Positions 31,735-58,869 of a stretch of 64,000 bases of DNA are shown here, in pieces. The number at the start of each line of letters is the position of its first letter. Position 1 is the stretch's first letter. This DNA is from the human T2T-CHM13v2.0 reference genome, Homo sapiens: NCBI RefSeq assembly GCF_009914755.1, contig NC_060938.1; one strand, given 5' to 3'. The notes below the pieces were generated by a model, which saw only the letters and a list, made by a program, of their open reading frames with translations, was not told where the DNA came from and did no database searches. Both the position numbers and the translations under genes were made by a program.

Positions 31735-32826
31735 CTATAGGAAAGGAAAGAAAGGAATTCAGAAGGTAAAGGAAAGGCCACAACAGAGGACAGAAACAAA
31801 AGAATGAAAAGAAAATGAGAAAAAGAAAAAACAGATTTTCCCTAATTGTGAATCATAAACTGAAGTACACATTTCAAGTGGATTTCAGAGTAAAGAACCT
31901 TAGAAGCTACAACCTAAGTAAAACGGTTTTTTTTGTTCAATTTAAAAGAATGAAGTTGTGCTGTAGTCAAGTATATAGTGACAAATATGTCTACAACTTT
32001 TACCACCATTTGAAATCCATACAATTTGAAGGTAACACAATAGAACTGAATTCATATAGATTAAGAATAATTTTATAGTAAAGTCTTCTCAGTGAATAAA
32101 CAGGTTTCAACAATTTTACAAATAAAGTTTTTTTTAATTTTTAAGTTCTGGGGTACAACAAATAAAGTATTAATGTAAAAGGGGAGATAAAAGTCTGCCC
32201 TAGAAAGAGTCTAAACAGAGATATATTTAATAGTCAAATCTCAAAAGGAAGGGATATTGCCTTATTTATCTTCTGATTTCTTAGTATTAGGGCTAGACAT
32301 ATAGTAGAGGTTACGTAAATAACAATTTGTTACATTAGTCAACAGATGGTATGTGCTCCTTTATTTAAACTACAAAAATTAAGGAGATGAATTTAAGGCA
32401 TCTAAAAATGTTCAGAATGACATTAAGGACAAGCAGCTCCCCCAAGTCCTAGCTCTGTTAAATTATATTTTGTCCTGTTGTCATAATTTTTCAAAAGAAA
32501 ATGTGCAATGGGCATAACACTGTTAATGTAAAGAAAATGGCTTTTCCATTCCCTAAATTTAGGGTTAAGCTTAGAAATCCATCTCCTTTCCTACTATTTT
32601 TAACTCTTCTCCCCATGCAATGATAGAAACACTGCCTGTGAAAAAGTGGTGCTAATGCTAGAGATTTTTGTAGCTGTCATGACCTAGTCTAGGAAGCAAA
32701 GGCAAAGTTAAAAAAAAAAAGTTTTTACTGAAAATATGTAATCTCTTGCTGGACACAGGATATTTGATTTTATGTCCCTGACATGTGTTCTTCCAATGTT
32801 AGTACTAAAAAAAACCTGTAAAATCT

Positions 32827-35257
<2,431 letters not shown>

Positions 35258-37024
35258 TTACTAATGTCATTATTGCAAACCAATGCTTCAACAAACATTT
35301 TTGTAGTTATTTCCCAATTCTAGCAGCACTGCTGGGTCAGAGGGTATGGGTATTTTAAATTCCTTCATCGTGGTTCAGAGACAATCCCAACTAAGTTGTT
35401 TTCTTGAATGTCTGGTTTAAAATGCATCTGAGGCAGCAAACTAGTAAAGTGTAAGATAAAGTAGCAGATTTAGCAACAAAATATGAGCTTACTAAATGAC
35501 ATGGAAAGATAACTTAAAAACTCTAAGGGGGAGAAATAGAGTTCAAAAAGCACTACAGTCTGAGTCCACCTACTGTAGATATTTAAAACCCGATATAATC
35601 AAACAACTCCTAAATATTGCTATATTTTAACACAGTAAAATTTACCTAACTTATTATAAATTGTATATTTTTTAAAAAGAGTACTAAAGTAATACATTTT
35701 AAAAAATTTTCACCAAAATACCTATCTTATACCATATTTTATCAAAAGAATTTTTATGGTATTATTTTTATATTTTTGGAGAAAATTTTCCCAAGCAAGA
35801 GTAAACCTAGAACTATAAAGTAAATGGCTAACAGATATAAGACCACATAAAAATGTAAAACAATATGGTTTTAAAAAAAAAAGGCCACAAACAAAATGCC
35901 AGTATATAAAGGGAAGTAACACATTAAAATTTTAATATCACTAAAAGCAAAAATATAAATAAAATAAAGAATCTATCATTTGAAAATTAATAGAATATAA
36001 ATGGCTAATAAACATATAAATTATTCAACTATCCTAGTATTAGGGAAATGCAAAATAACCGAGATACTACTTATTGTCAAACTGGCAAAAACACAGATTT
36101 ACAACATTCAATATTGAGCAGAATGTAGGAAATGGGGCATTTTCATGTACTACTGATGGAAGTATAAACCACAGAAACTCTTGGGGGGGAGAGAGAGAGA
36201 GAGAGACAGAGTGTGTGTGATATAATGTATAGATATATATGTATCTACACATACATGTATTTTTTTAGAGACAGGGTCTTGCTCTGTTGCCCAGGCTGGA
36301 ATGCAGCAGTGTGACCACCCAGGTTGAACTCCTGGGCTCAGGAGATCCTCCTGTCTCAGCCTCCCAAGTAGCTAGGACTACAGGTGTACACCACAACGCC
36401 CAGCTCTGGGATATATGTGACAGAAAAATTAGATACCACCTAGGTAGAAAAACAGGTAAATATACTTTTTCTATAGGTAAAACTCTGAAGTCATTTATAA
36501 GAACTAGGGAGACTTCTCTGCTTTGACACAAATCACTAAAACACTGATCACCAAAAATCAAATTGCAGAGCATAAAATATATATTAGGATCTCATTTATG
36601 TTATTAAAATAAGACTAGATGTGCAAATTTTATACCCACTTGTGCGTATAAACACACAGAAAGGGTACTGTCAAGTTGGACTCCAAACTTACAACCTCGT
36701 TATATGTAGTAATCAAGAAATGGCTCCCTCTTGAGAAGGAGTAGCCAGGGAATAAGTTTAAAAGGAACTCACCTTAATTTTAATACATTTTTTATATTAC
36801 TTGAGTTTATGATAAAGAGACTGTATTCATGTATAAATTTTGTAATTAAAAAATATATGAGGTCCATCAGTATGTATCATCAAGTGAGAAAACACAATGT
36901 GTGTATAACACAGTCCCACTTTTGTTAGAAAAAAAATGAATATGTAATCCTGTAATATTTGAATATTTACTATAAGCATGTGATACTTTTGTACTTAAAA
37001 GAATAGTTTTAAAAAATGTTTTGA

Positions 37025-37583
37025 GGCTAGGTGCAGTGATCCCAGCACTTTTTTTTTTTTTTTGAGATGGAGTCTCGCTCTGTCGCCCAGGCTGGAGTGC
37101 AATGGTGCGATCTTGGCTCACTGCAACCTCCCCACCTCCCGGGTTCAAGTGATTCTCCTGCCTCAGCCTCCCTAGTAGCTATCCCAGCACTTCTGAGAGA
37201 CCAAGGCAGGAGGATTGCTTGAGACCAGCCTGGGAAACATGGCAAAACCTCATCTCTACAAAAAATACAAAAATTAGCTGGCCATGCTGGCATCTGCCTG
37301 AAGTCCCAACTACTTGGGAGGCGGAGGGAGGAGGATCACTTGAGCCCAGAAGTCTGAGACCAGCCTGGGTAACATAGCAAGACCCTGTCCCTTAAAAAAA
37401 AAAGAAAGAAAAAATTTAGCAAACATTCCTATTATAATTCATAAAATAAACATTATGGCCAGGCATGGTAGCTCATGCCCATAATCTAGCACTTTGGGAG
37501 GCTGAGGTGAAAGGATTACTTGAGGCCAAGAGTTGATGACCAGCCTGGGCAACACAGAGAGACCCTGTCTCTTAAAAAAAAAA
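37025..37583. mobile_element. AluJ with an inserted antisense Alu right arm (37051-37180), followed by a FLAM
   Basis: TSD atcccagcactt at 37039-37050 and 37181-37192. Confidence 0.8.
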
Positions 37584-37663
37584 GAATTGGTTACTTAATG
37601 GTTAGAAGCATGAGCACCGGAGCCTGGATGTGAATTCTAGCTCTGCTCCTTATTAGCTTTGTG

Positions 37664-37829
37664 ACCTTGGGAAAATTACTTAACTAAGTAACGAAAATTA
37701 CTTAACTAAAGTTAACTAAAATTACTTAACTTTAGTTAAAAAAAGTTAAACTTTATTTAACTAAAAGGTTAAATAAAATTACTTAACCTTGGGAAAATAA
37801 CTCCACTTAACCCTTGTGGAGTTATTTCC
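37664..37829. repeat. Direct and inverted micro-repeat patchwork within a MIR
   Basis: aaaattacttaac occurs four times, plus inverted segments. Confidence 0.85.
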
Positions 37830-39476
37830 TCAGAAGTAAAATGAAGACATCACCAAAACTGCTGGTATTTTGTGGCGATTAAGTGAAAGATTATGTATTC
37901 AATAATACTTATAACTTATTTACTATGTATGTAATTGTTGACCATGGAGGAGGAAAAACCTGACATTATATACGTTTATTTCTATGTGGCTAAATTTTCT
38001 CCTAGAATATAAATTCATATATTTATTTTGTTTATATCAACAATATACACTACTCTCCAACCATTAAAAATCAGAGACAACCAAGAGGAAAAAAACAAAC
38101 CATAAGGCTTATTTGTGATTTTGGTTTGCAACCCACTTTCCTACCAAACGAAAGTATTTTTAAAATACGGATTAGTATTCGTATTAGATGTGACTTATAA
38201 AAGGAAAAGTATTAGTGGGTTGCTCAATCTAAATTACTATGTCTTAATCAAGGCAGCCCAGCTTAAGAATTCAGTGAAAAGACTGATGCTAACTCAATCA
38301 CGATTATTCATTAGCTTAAGTTATATACTAACCAGCTTTCCTACAATTTGTCATTATCACCAAGCTGAAGGGAAGAGAAGCAAAATTTAGTAAGTTCTGG
38401 AACTATTACAAAATTATCCAATGCTTCCAATTCTACCAGTAGCTTCTTGTCTTTTTGTTTTGTAAGATCTAAGCTGATAATTTTATTTTTCATACTCACA
38501 GGGTTTGCTTCTAGCCATTTCCGTATGATGTAAAAATTTTAAGATTTCCTGCTTCCTGGACTAGCATACTCTCAAGAATTTCTATGCATACCGGTCTTCA
38601 CCTATGGTTTCCAGGCAACAAAACCTCCTCAGCTTCCCAAATTCTAACTCTCTAAGACTTATAGAAACATTCAGCGTTATCGCTTCTAATATTGATATGG
38701 GATGACTCTGATTGCCACTACTCATGTAGAGTACAGTATAAGGATTTGTTGGAGAATTTAAATTTTAATTAATTTTTTTTTACTTTAAGGTAAACAAGGC
38801 TACAAAAATTAAGTAAAAGCTAGGTTGTGGCATCTCTGGCCACTGACGTATTTGCTAAAATTATGGGTCTGTGTGTACTCATGAGGGACAGAAGGGAGAA
38901 GGAGACGGGTGTGTGCACAGTGCAATGGTGAAAGCTCTAGCTTGGAAGCGGGATGAGCCTGGGCTTACAGCTCAGCTCTACCAGTTACCAGGGATTAGCT
39001 CCCAGGCAAGTGATTTAGCCACTCTGGGTTTCTCTTCTCATGCTACCAATTTTTCAGAATTGCTCAATTAATTAATATATTTTACTGTGTGGATTAAATA
39101 TATTACATGTAGTGTTTTGGACAAGAAGTTGCTCAATAAATGTGGTTGTCAGTAATAGCAACGTTTTAATAAAAACATTGGTTTTCTTTCTGAAAAGGAT
39201 CTCTTACAAATAAAGAGGCCACAAATGTCCCTTAGGACATTCAAAGCTGTCCAAAGGTCTAGCCTCTGAAAGGAAAGAACTGAGGAATAGTACACAGACC
39301 AGAAATAAAAGCAGCTGCAGTCTGGGTGAAAAGGGAACTGGGTGAAAAAGAACAAGGGAAGCCAAGATTGGGGAGTGTAAGAATTGGTAAGGATGCTCTG
39401 CTTGGGCACAAGCTAGCCAAAAACTGGGCAGCACAGGAACAGCCCAATGATGCAATGACAAAGGTGCAAGTTAGTA

Positions 39477-40464
<988 letters not shown>

Positions 40465-40504
40465 TATATATTTCTTACTATGTCACAATATTACATAGAC
40501 ATAA

Positions 40505-44036
<3,532 letters not shown>

Positions 44037-44214
44037 CCAAATCTCAAATTTTAATTGATTCAAATATTCTGCCCTGTATCAAATGGCTACAAGTTTCTGA
44101 TCTATTTTCATTTGAGGAGTCTGATAACAAGGAAAATGGTTAAATGAAAATAACAAAAGAAATTAAAAATGACCCAATTAAACACACACACACACAATAT
44201 ATATTGCACACGAT

Positions 44215-45715
44215 GTTCACAAATTTCAAGACTCAATTTTGTTAAGAAGTCAATTCTCCTCAAATTAAGCTAAAGATTTAATGAGATGCCAGTCAAAATT
44301 CCAATTTGCTTTTCTGTAGAAGTTGACAGATTGTAAAATTTATATGAAAATGAGAACAATCCTAGAATAGTCAAAGACATTCTTAAAAAGAACAAAATTG
44401 GACGACTTACACTAACTGATTTTAAGACATCATAAAGCTGTATCAATCAAGACACTGAACTTACTGGCTAAATGATAAGACGTACAGATGAATGAAACAG
44501 AAGAGGGCCCCCAAAACAGACCTACATATGGGTGATCAGAATTTTTTGACAAAGGTACCAAGGCAATCCAAGGAGAAAGAAAAATCTTTTCAACAAAGTG
44601 CTGAACAATGATTCATATATATATGTTTTAAAGACCATTAACCCTTATAACAATAGCAAAAATTAATTCTAAATGACCACTGATCTAAATGTAACAGTCA
44701 AAATAATGAAACTAGAAGAAAGCATAAGACGACAAAGATTTCTTAGATAGGACACACAAAAAAGGAACCACAAAAAATTGCCCTTTATTTAAAAATAAAA
44801 AAAAAAAAAACCCCAACCTACCTACTCTTTAAAAGACACTGTTGAGAAAACAAAAAAGGCAAGCATACAGTGGGACAACATATTTGCAGCACACATATCT
44901 GACAAAAGTCTTGTATTCTGAATATAAAAAGAGCCCTAACAACTCAAGAAGACAAATGAACTAAGATCTGGACAATCACTTCATCAAAGAAATATGACCA
45001 AGCAGCACATGAAAAGATACTTGACGTTATCAGTCATCAGGGAAATACAAATTAAAACCACAATGAGATAGCAGTACCCATACATCAAAGAGGCCAGCAT
45101 TAAAAAGACGTTACTACTCAGTGTCAGTGAGGATGTGAAGAGGAACTTGAACTCTCATAAGCAGCTGGTAGGACTATTAAATGAGACAATTTTTTAAAAA
45201 CAGCTCAGCAATTCTGTATAAACATACATGTACCACACAACTCCAGACATTCTACCCCTAGTTATTTACCCAAGAAGATGAAAAGCACATTTGTAATAAC
45301 TTGATTCATAAAAGCCAAAACTGAAAATAACCCAGATGGATAAACAAAAATGTGATATTTGCAAACCAACGGTATACTACTTAGACAATGGAACACAACT
45401 CACCAATCAGTAAAAAGAAACAACTGACACATGCAATAAAATGAATGACTCTCAAATTTATTATATTAAGTGGAAGATAAATTAGAAAAGAGTATATGTG
45501 ATTCCATTCACAAAATTCCAGAAAATGCCAACAAATCCATAGTGACAGAAAGCAGATCAATTTGCTGGTAGCTGAAGTTTGACAGGTGACAGAAATATTC
45601 TGAATCTTGATTGTGGTGGTTTCAGAGGTATAAATATCTGTCACAACTCAAATTTCACACTTTAAATAGATACAGTTTATGGTGTATCTATTATACTACA
45701 ATAAAGTTAATTAAA
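44215..45715 (+). mobile_element. Old L1M (ORF2 end and 3'UTR), degraded
   Basis: L1 ORF2-like phrases (aaattaaaaccacaatgagata, tttgacaaaggtaccaagg) ending in caataaag. Confidence 0.8.
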
Positions 45716-45791
45716 AAACTGTGAAACGATGAAGAACCCAAAAATTAACAATAAAAAAGAAAAGCCGCAGAAAGGAGAAGCAATAGGTCTA

Positions 45792-46122
45792 CAGTCATGC
45801 GTCACTTAAGGATGGGGATGTGTTCTGAGAAATGTGTCCTTAGGCAATTTCATTTTATTTTTTTGTAGAGATAGGGTCTTGTCATGATGCCCAGGCTGGT
45901 CTCCAAACTCCTTGGCCTCCCAAAGTGATGGGATTATAGGCGTGAGCCACTGCACTTATTTTTAAAATGTATTTAAAAAATAAAGTAATCGCACTATGAT
46001 GTTACAAAAGCTACATCATCACAAGGAGACGGAAAATTTTCAACTCCATTATAATCTTAAGGAACTATCACTGGATATGTGGTTCATCGTTGACCAAAAT
46101 ATTGTTATGCAGCACGTGACTG
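45792..46122 (-). mobile_element. Short Tigger3/MER47-like element with an Alu fragment
   Basis: cagtcatgcgtcacttaagg...gttatgcagcacgtgactg. Confidence 0.65.
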
Positions 46123-46904
46123 TGTATCACAATGTCTGGCAGCACTATACTATATGTCAGAGTATGAAGAGAACAGACAACACAATTCATATCACTACAA
46201 AACTTGTAAAGCTGTAGATTGCTAATTACTGGATCAAAATTTTACATGTGGCAGTTTACAGCTTTAGGAGCCCATGACATCCACTAGATTCAACCCAATA
46301 TTATAAATTCAGAAAGCTTTTTGTTTGTAGGGGACCTGAAACTAGGATCCTACCATGCTGCTACAGAGTTGATGAGGCACAATTTAAGGTGGAAGCACAC
46401 AGCCAAACTACCTAGATTCAAATCCTAGTTCCACTATTTATTAGCTGTGTGACTCTGGACAAGCTACTCAGCCTGTCGGTGTCTGAGTTTCCTTATCTAA
46501 AATGAGAACAGTGCCTCAGGAGGTAGTTGTATAAATTAAATGATACATAACAAATGCTTTGTAAGTATTTGTGTCTTAATGTTTTTCCTCTAATTATAAA
46601 ATGGCTAACAACAGAGACCTGGCACAGTGGTTCACGCCTGTAATCCCAGGACTTTGGGAGGCCAAAGTGGGAGAACTGCTTGAGCTCAGGAGTTCAAGAC
46701 CAGCCTGGGCAACCTAGGAAGACCTTTTCTCTACAAACAAATTTTTTTTTTAAATTAGCCAGGCATAGTGGTGCACACCTAGAGTCCCAGCTACTCAGGA
46801 GGCTGAGGTGGGAAGACTGCCTGAGCCTGGAAGCTGCAGTGAGCCGTGACTGGGCCACTGCTCTCCAGCCTGCGTGACAGAGCAAGACCATCTGCAAAAC
46901 AAAT

Positions 46905-46907
<3 letters not shown>

Positions 46908-46947
<40 letters not shown>
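46908..46947. repeat. (CA)n microsatellite at an Alu tail
   Basis: About 20 CA units. Confidence 0.95.
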
Positions 46948-46948
<1 letters not shown>

Positions 46949-47528
46949 ATGGTAGAAATTTGGAAGTTACCTCCCTCCTCAAAAAATATAAATAACTGAA
47001 TCATTTAAAATGTGTTCTTTCAGTACCATAAGACAGGGCAAAAAATAAAATGTTTTCATAAAAGGTGAAACATGACTAGCAAATCATTTTAACAACTGCA
47101 TAATATTCTATGTAAATAAATCATAATTTAATCATTCTTCTAATACTGAGCCCATTATAAATAATATTTAATAATTCTACAAACATCTATGTCCATCTTT
47201 TTCCATATTTTATTTCAGAATTCACTGGAATAGAATTACTGGATTAAAGGTTATAATAATTTTAAGGCAAAGATGGAACAAGATGGATATATGTTCTTGT
47301 TTTATGTCTTTGATTAGTAGTAACGTACATCTCGTGTTTTTAATAATTTATATATATTTTCTTCCTTTTCTCATTTTTCTGTAAGATTTCTTCAAATCAA
47401 AGTTAATTTGCATGTAAAAATTAACATGGGAGCAATTACTGCAAACCACATTGGACTTTCTTTTTTAAAAAGAATTTTTATATAAACATTGTCCATGTTT
47501 AAATAAGAAGTCCAAATAAATTATTTTA

Positions 47529-47966
<438 letters not shown>

Positions 47967-49085
47967 TTACAGGCTATTTTCTGATCGGTTTCTGAAACCT
48001 GAAAATGGAATTAGCAGAAGAACTATCCTGAACGAATATGTGACCACAGAGTAGGTAAATATAACTGCTCTTTAATTATTAATAAATTTGGGGTAAGTAT
48101 ATCTAATAAAGAGCAGAAATCATGTTAAGTAAATACCTGCTCCTTAAATTCTGCCACTTTCTTGAAAGCATCTAGGCATATCTGGTTTTTTTAAAAAACA
48201 TACTACAGCATTTTTCAGCTAAAGTTACACAATTAAAAATCAAATATTTTCTTCATTCTTGTATATTTAAGATATAAAGTTAATCCACTTATCCTCAAAT
48301 GTAATTTTTGGGGTTTCATGGATTAGCAGTAATTACTATAATTAGGTAGGTTCAGAAACTCAGAAGTGATTTCAAGTATATTCTTTGAACCTAAGATTTA
48401 TCTAATACAACTGCATCATTACTTCCTAGAGTTATTTTTAAAGGAGTAAGATTTAACATGTGAAGAGATCTAATGGTTTATGAATTCTACTTTTAATTCA
48501 CAACGTACCCTCAGCTTTAAATGCCAGTGGGGCCATACTGGGATAAAATAAAGGCATTAGAAAATTCCAAGCCTCTGAATAAGCAGTTGTCTACACTGCT
48601 TCAACATTAAGTGGAGGCAGGGTGGTGGTGGTACTCTCTCTCTCCACCCATTCATTTCTCCAAAGTAAATCAAGTACTAGTATGTGGTGAAAAATCTAAA
48701 AAGTATTGAAGGATAAATAACAAATCCTTACATAACAAATCTCATGCCTGAGATATGATATGCTTCTAACAAAGTCACCACAGGCACTATTTAGTGGGAG
48801 ACAGTAAGGCAAGCATTACATTTCGAAAAGTTCTCCCAAATGTTTCCGCCATATCCCCCAGGTTTGAGAGTCACTGTACTACATGATTCAAATGTATTTT
48901 TGTTCCTAGGTCATTTTCTGTCTGGCTCACAAACCAGGTAGTATTAAATGTATATTAATATGCATATTTACATTAGTAAAAGAATATTGTTAAGTAGCTC
49001 TTTTGTCTGTCTTAAGTAGATAAAGCAGTTCTTAACTAGATGGGCCCATGAGAATTGCTTGTAAAATCAATAATAATAATATTAA

Positions 49086-49389
<304 letters not shown>

Positions 49390-50379
49390 TAGCCAGGATA
49401 GTCACGATCTCCTGACCTAGTGATCTGCCCTCCTCGGCCTCCCAAAGTGCTGGGATTACAGGTGTGAGCCACTGCACCTAGCCTCCAGCTTCTTGATAAT
49501 CACTAGCTTAGGGAAGGGAGAGAATGAAGGGTAGCAAGAATGACTTATTTTTCTAATGGTAGGTAGTTCCATATTGGAACTGGGTAGCCATTGGCTGCAT
49601 ATGAAGTGTGAAAAAGTGGTTTTCATTTCATTACAACAATAACAAAGTAAACCTAACTCTCCACATTAAGATACTGATCATTTCACTGACATGAGAATTT
49701 AGGACTTACTGATTTACTGTATGCCTTGTATCAAGAAGTAATTAACAGACTTAGAAATCTGTATAAGATTTCTAAATGTGTAAGAGTGGGGCTGGAGAAG
49801 AACATAAGTAAGTAAACAAGATTTATACCAAAATAAAACATACCCAGAGGACTGTGAGACATGAAAACTTTAAAATAGCCATACCAAAATACTATACTAA
49901 TTTATGCTCAATTTTACATTTCAATAAGGATAAGCTAGCATTTATGAGGCACTACACAAAGCAATGCTCCAGAACCTCTATAACAGAATATATAGCAATG
50001 TTTTTTTTTGTTTGTTTGTTTGTTTTAAAGATAGGGGCTCACTGTCACCCAGGCTGGAATGAAGTAGTGTTAGTGTGCTCACAGGTCACAGCAGCCTCGA
50101 CTTCCCGGGCTCAGGCAATCCTCCTGCCTCAGCCTCCCAAAATACTGGGAATGCAGCAGGCCTGAGCCACTACACCCAGTGATAGCAACGAAATTTAATG
50201 TTCATTATAATTAGCATGTTATCAAACAGAAGATGAATCTAGTCTAATCTACACAGGCTATATAAATACTATACATATAAAACATATAAAAAAGCATGAG
50301 GGTGAGGGGAATTGAGAAACTGAGGTAAAGAAGGGTTCTCAGGGAAGATAAAGCGTTTCTGGTTAAAAAAGTATATTGA

Positions 50380-55350
<4,971 letters not shown>

Positions 55351-56399
55351 AAATAATTTCAAAAATCTTTCTGCTTACTGAATAAAGAATGCATTGGAAA
55401 GAACAAGAATGGATAAAGGAGAGTGCTTAGGAGGCTCCTGGAGCAGGAAGAGGTGGTGGCGAATAGACTACCGGAGCAGTGGAGGGTGGAGATGGAGAGA
55501 CGTGGAAAGACTGAAGACATATCCTCGAGACAAAACGAACATTTCGAGGTGATGAGATGTGTAGGTGAGGAAGAGGGCAATGCTAAGGATTTCTCCCGTG
55601 TGTCTGGTATGTGTACCTGGGATGGAAGAGCCTTTTACTACTATGGCGATTGCCTGGAGGAAGGGCAGAAAGGAGGGAAGAGGGAGCACAGAGATTTGGA
55701 AAGGAATGCCATGAGTTCAGCCTTGAGCATGTTCAGTTTAAAATTTTGGTTAAAGAAATGGTTTTGTTATTATATGTAATGCTTCAGTGAGCATATGATG
55801 GCTTTCTAAGATGCACGGCTAGAAGAAAATCTAGGAAAAATTAAGAATGGAGGATTTCAAGTAAGTTGGGGTAACAGGAACTTGATTTACTCTCCTGTTT
55901 TATTTAAACAATAAGAAATAAAGGAAAAGAAAAAGAAACACTTTCAGACATTAGGCAACAAGATGCACGAAATAAAGACCAGAAGGATGAGCTGAGTGCA
56001 CCAGCTTACTGCCTATGGGCAGGGGAGGGGCGCATGGGGCCTGGTCTTGCAGAGTTGAGAGATCTGGGATGGCATTCAGGGATGACAAGGTGGCTAGAAT
56101 GTGTGGGGCAGGGGACAGGAGAGAAGGGAGCTCCACAGAGAGTGCTCTGGAGGTCTGCAGAGGTGTTTCCTGGAGTCTAGCTACCAGAGACTGTGGAAAG
56201 AACCGACGGCTAAAAGAGTTAATGTTCCTGTCAAGGAGAACAGAAAGACAGAGTACTGAGAAGAATCCCCAGAAGACTATGACCTCAGTAATGAGGCTAA
56301 ATTAGTGCTAAGGCTAATGTTGCCTCTGGTCTATCCTAATAAAGCTTCAAAGCAAAAGAATCCAACTAATTCCAAGTAATTTGGTGATCAGAAAAAAAT

Positions 56400-58700
56400 T
56401 CAAGACTACTCAATACAAAAAAATCCAGCCACTATGACGCATAATGACACATAGTCAGGAGTAAAGGGTGGGGGTGGGGAAGCACAAATAACTCAGATGA
56501 TAAAGAATATTGTAATAGCTATATAAAAATACTCCATATGTTTAAGAAACTAGAGGAAAACACACATAATAGAAAAATGAAAAATCTATATAAAAATGAA
56601 GCCATAATCAAACTTCTAGTGATGAAAAAAACATCTTAAATGAAAAAGGCACTGGATGGGATTAACAGCAAATTAGCAGCAGAAAGATCAATGGACTTGA
56701 AGATATGAATAAATCTTAAAAAAACTATTTCAGGATACATCATAATCAAATTGCTGATAACCAAGGTAAAGATAAAATCTTCCAAGGCAGACAGAAAACA
56801 TACAGAGGAACAATAACAGACTTCTCTGAAATTATGCAAACCAGAAGACAACTGAGGGACATCAATTATTGGGGGGGGGGGGGGAATTTAGAATTCTTCT
56901 CCCAGCTGCAGTGTCTTTCAAAAATGAAGGCAAAATTAAAAAAAAAAATGTTTTTGAGACAGGGTCTCCCTCTGTTGCCCAAGTTGGGGTGCAGTCACAC
57001 AATCTCAACTCACTACAACCTTTGCTTCCCAGGCTCAAGCGATCCTCCCCGCTTAACCTCCTGAGCAGCTGGAACTACAGGTGCATGCCACCATGCCCAG
57101 CTAATTTTTTGGTATTTTTTGGAGATGGGGTTTCGCCATGTTGCACAGGCTGGTCTTGAACCCCTGGGCTCAGGTGATCTTTGGCCTCCCAAAGTGCTGG
57201 GACTACATGTAGGCATGAACCACTGTGCCTGGACCAAATCAAAACTTCTATAAACAAACAAAAGGTCAAAACTTCATAACCAGTAGACTTGCACTATAAG
57301 AAGAGAGGCATATGAAGTTCTTCAGGTAGAAGAAAAAGGAGACTACATGGAAAGGATACTTATAAAGAGCACTGAAAAATGGTAAATACGTGATATGAAA
57401 AACCATTTTGCTCATTTTTAAATACTTCACTGCTTTAGGGCGAAAATAACGTACTGTGGGGTTTAGCATATATAGGAGTAAAATACATGACACAAAAAGG
57501 ACAGGAAGGGAGAAATGAAACTAAACTGCTGTAAGGTTATTATACTATGTGTGAAGTAGTATATTATTTGAAGGTAGGCTGAATAAGTTAAAGTCATATA
57601 CTGTAAACCCTAGAGCAACCATTAAAATAGCAAAACGAAGGTCGTAATAGCTAGTAATTCACAAGTGGAGATGAATATAATCAAAACAACCACCCCCCAC
57701 CAAAAAAAAAACCCCACCAAAAACCCCTTAATCTACTAGAAAGGAGGGAAACAGAAAAGAAATGGGACAACAGAGTTCATAAATTGGTCTTCACCAAAAT
57801 GAAAACTTTTGCTCTTAGAAAACACTGTTAATGAAATGGTAAGCCACAGATTGTGAGAAAATATTTGCAAAACATATCCAATAAAATGTCCATATCTGGG
57901 ATATGCAAAGAATGCTTACAACACAATCAGATGACAGCCTAATTTAAAGACGGACAGGCGAAGGACTCAAACAGACACCTCACCATTATATGGGGTGGCA
58001 ATTAAGCACATGAATAGATGCTCAACATCATTAGTCACTAGGGTAATGCGAATTAAAGCCACAAGGAGATAGGCTCTCACACCTGCTAGAATACCCCAAA
58101 CTGAAAAATGTTTCAAGGACACAGAGCAACTGGAACTCTCAAGTACTGCCCGGCAGAATGCAAAATAGTACAGCCACTTTGGAAAAGAATTTGACTATTT
58201 ATTACAAGCTGAAACATCCACTTATCATATGACCCAGAAACCTACCGTAGTTTTTATTGTTCTTGAGTAAATACCTATGTTCCCACAAAGACCTGTAAGT
58301 GAATGGTCATAGAAGCTTTTTTTTAAAATAATGAGCCCAGCCCTTCGACTGGTGAATGGATAAACAAATTATGGTATATCCATACAACAGAGTACTACTC
58401 AGTAATAAGATGGAGTTGATAACACACAACATGGATGAAGGTCAGACGCATTATGCTAAGTGGAAGAAGCCATAAAGAAAAGACCAAATACTATAGGATT
58501 CCATTTATATAACATTTTAGAAAAGGCAAGACTATAGTAGCAGAGGGCAGATAAATGGTTGGCAGAGGTCGGAAGGGTAAAGAGGACTGCCAGCAGAGGG
58601 GCATCAGGGAACTGTCCTACATCTTGCTGGTGGTCCACTGGTCAAAATGCACTGAATTTTGCCATTACGATTATTTTGCCTTAAATTATACCTTAACAAA
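56400..58700 (+). mobile_element. Old L1M fragments (ORF1 part and 3' end)
   Basis: catcataatcaaattgctgataacc; ggtgaatggataaacaaattatggtatatcc. Confidence 0.7.
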
Positions 58701-58869
58701 GCTGATCAAAAGGATAAATAAAATTAAAGGACATGGCTTATAAGACGCCCCTTGGGTCCTCAATAAAAATTTCATTTTTTATTTCTTTAAACTCCTGGCT
58801 CTATTGCTCAGTTTGACTGACTAGATACTTAAAAAGGCATGTGGCATGTCTGCTGATGGGCTAACTGAC

